A stretch of DNA of 64,000 nucleotides from an uncultured Geobacter sp. (GTDB lineage: Bacteria; Desulfobacterota; Desulfuromonadia; Geobacterales; Geobacteraceae): NCBI GenBank assembly GCA_903915655.1, contig CAIWTU010000039.1, forward strand, positions 24,113 through 88,112, read 5' to 3'. This document shows positions 62,497 through 64,000 of this stretch, piece after piece. Under the pieces are notes generated by a model that was given only the letters and a program-made list of their open reading frames with translations, had not been told where the DNA came from and ran no database searches. The position numbers and the translations under genes were made by a program. Each line of letters starts with the position of its first letter. Within the stretch, counting starts at the first letter, position 1.

Positions 62497-64000
62497 TGAT
62501 GACTGATAAGAAGCAAATTGTCCCTTTTTCTTTAAGAGATGCTCCGGCGCTGATTGAAACAATTTTCCCATCGCAAAAGGTTTCTGTAGAAGCTTATAAA
62601 GAGCAAATGGCAGGAAGTGGCAAAACATTAACTCCCCTTGGAAGTTTTTGGAAAGGTAGAAAACCTCTAATTCTCAATAAAGCATGTATATTAGGTTGTC
62701 TATTACCTACAACATCAAACTTAAAGAGAGATTTGGAAATTTATGAAAAATTAATGGGCATGGATGATGAATCTTTTGTTGTTCGTTTTTCCAAGCGTCC
62801 ACGAATTCAAGAAATATTATCAAAAGTAAAAATCGATAATATATACGATTACTTTAAAATCCCTCCTGGATTTGCCCTCCCAATATCTTCCCCATTCAAT
62901 ATCTCAGACTATGAAAATATGGATATAAGTTGGCGGGAAGATATTACTGAACTAGAGCGAAGAAAAATTGAAGCTAAAGCACTTCCTTCACTGTCATATA
63001 AAGAAAAGGTAAGTAATTCAAAGAGACCTGAAGAGGTAATCAGTATAATTCATAATCATATTTGGCAGGATGTTAACCAACATCTAGGTACTAACGCCTA
63101 TTCTTTCCCAGAACTAGTTGAACAATTAGGGGTAATGCGTTTTGGGCATCGTCCCAGAGTTGGAGATACATTCGCTGGGTCTGGTCAAATTCCATTTGAA
63201 GCTGCAAGACTTGGATGTGATGTTTATGCTTCTGACTTGAATCCAATAGCATGCATGCTTAATTGGGGAAGTTTTAACATTATTGGTTGTTCCAATGAAA
63301 AGAGAGTCTTGTTAGAAAATAAACAAAAGATTCTTATACACAAGATACAATCTGAAATAGAAAATCTCGGCGTTGAAGTAAATAATGAAGGGCTAGTGGC
63401 AAAAGTATTTTTATATTGTTTTGAAGCAACATGTCCACAAACTGGATGGAAAGTTCCTCTTTTACCTAGTCTTGTTATAAGTAAACCAAGGACCGGCAAA
63501 TTGATAAATGTTATTGCTAAATTAGTTCCTGATAATATCAATAAAAGATATGACATTGTAATTGTTAACGGCGTTTCAAATGATGAACTTATGTCAGCTG
63601 AAAAAAATGGAACTATACGCTCTGAAACACGTGGACAAGATACATATATGGTTCATTCTGTTAATGGGGTTGAGTATCGCACAAAGATTTCAACTTTACG
63701 CGGAGATTACCGCAACACAAATGGTAGCACAGAAAACAAGTTACGACTTTGGGGGAAATCTGATTTTATACCCAAACAAGATGATATTTTCCAAGAACGT
63801 CTTTATTGCATCCAATGGAATCGCCCAAAAAAATCCGGCAAGGGTGATGACTTTGAATTTAGGGCTGTAACTCCAGATGATGTAATACGTGAACAAATCG
63901 TTAAGGATTACATTGCTGAACATATAATTGACTGGCAATCCAAAGGATGGATTCCAGATATGCGTATTGAGGTGGGAGGTCCACCCCGTTATCAAGGTCT
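62496..64000 (+). CDS. DUF1156-domain DNA methyltransferase, 3'-partial (not in the ORF track because no stop lies within the window)
   Basis: I translated frame 3 from ATGATG at 62496 to the window end without a stop. N-terminus MMTDKKQIVPFSLRDAPALIETIFPSQKVSVEAYKE… is DUF1156-like. …VGDTFAGSGQIPFEAARLGCDVYASDLNP… is SAM-binding motif I. Confidence 0.75.
   Translation, partial: MMTDKKQIVPFSLRDAPALIETIFPSQKVSVEAYKEQMAGSGKTLTPLGSFWKGRKPLILNKACILGCLLPTTSNLKRDLEIYEKLMGMDDESFVVRFSKRPRIQEILSKVKIDNIYDYFKIPPGFALPISSPFNISDYENMDISWREDITELERRKIEAKALPSLSYKEKVSNSKRPEEVISIIHNHIWQDVNQHLGTNAYSFPELVEQLGVMRFGHRPRVGDTFAGSGQIPFEAARLGCDVYASDLNPIACMLNWGSFNIIGCSNEKRVLLENKQKILIHKIQSEIENLGVEVNNEGLVAKVFLYCFEATCPQTGWKVPLLPSLVISKPRTGKLINVIAKLVPDNINKRYDIVIVNGVSNDELMSAEKNGTIRSETRGQDTYMVHSVNGVEYRTKISTLRGDYRNTNGSTENKLRLWGKSDFIPKQDDIFQERLYCIQWNRPKKSGKGDDFEFRAVTPDDVIREQIVKDYIAEHIIDWQSKGWIPDMRIEVGGPPRYQG

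Larger units (their letters stand above)
49560..64000. mobile_element. Putative genomic (defence) island, right end outside window
   Basis: Abrupt shift to AT-rich sequence at about 49.56 kb. A serine recombinase is the first gene. Cargo is hypothetical and conflict-system genes of visibly heterogeneous base composition. Confidence 0.6.

Noticed and set aside
63224-63870. 110-aa minus-strand and 102-aa plus-strand ORFs near the window end
   Set aside because: They are out of frame with, and contained in, the continuous DUF1156 methyltransferase frame. In AT-rich DNA such ORFs would normally be rare, but these show no motifs.
1-64000. tRNA, rRNA, tmRNA genes and CRISPR arrays
   Set aside because: A visual scan of intergenic regions found no T-loop (GGTTCGAAT-type) or acceptor pairings. 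It found no regularly spaced 25-40-nt direct repeats. It also found no rRNA-like conserved blocks.

Overview
The window is about 49.5 kb of ordinary mid-GC chromosome followed by a low-GC, compositionally mosaic genomic island that runs off the 3' end. Gene content looks Desulfuromonadales/Geobacter-like, but this is a guess from content, not a search.

The backbone carries lpxC (5'-partial), an NtrY/NtrX-like two-component pair, and a polyamine operon (speA, nspC, carboxynorspermidine dehydrogenase) with an XRE-cupin regulator. It also carries proC, crcB plus DUF190, plsY, mltG, a fused glutamate-synthase large subunit followed by rubredoxin and ferredoxin, sucCD, pepF, and a frameshifted recQ. 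No tRNA, rRNA or CRISPR array was seen.

Three regions are accessory:
- **About 0.77-3.78 kb:** a roughly 3 kb cassette behind the lpxC terminator. It holds a transposase fragment, an orphan radical-SAM/SPASM enzyme, a ParE/Phd toxin-antitoxin pair and a group II intron domain V/VI remnant, bracketed by roughly 40-nt direct repeats.
- **About 40.2-49.6 kb:** a secreted-protein and peptide-export region. It holds a Cys-rich secreted protein, an S26-like peptidase, an ABC exporter, a 60-aa RiPP-like precursor, a TPR/GT41-like glycosyltransferase and a metzincin lipoprotein. Three copies of a conserved roughly 90-110-nt leader-like element punctuate it.
- **About 49.6 kb to the end of the window:** an island opening with a serine recombinase.

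The island holds two candidate conflict systems:
- **Minus-strand operon:** GHKL kinase-like ATPase, STAS-like/wHTH protein, metallo-beta-lactamase-fold protein, an E2-E1-JAB triple fusion, and a YkgJ Cys-cluster protein. This is the strongest candidate for a functionally undescribed system. It is ubiquitin-like conjugation machinery resembling CBASS Cap2/Cap3, but there is no cyclase and no Ubl gene. The MBL protein is the only operon product that ends in glycine.
- **Divergent module:** small HTH, DUF499 ATPase, DUF3780-like protein, and a DUF1156 methyltransferase that is 3'-partial.

All family assignments come from motif reading of the supplied translations. No database search was run.
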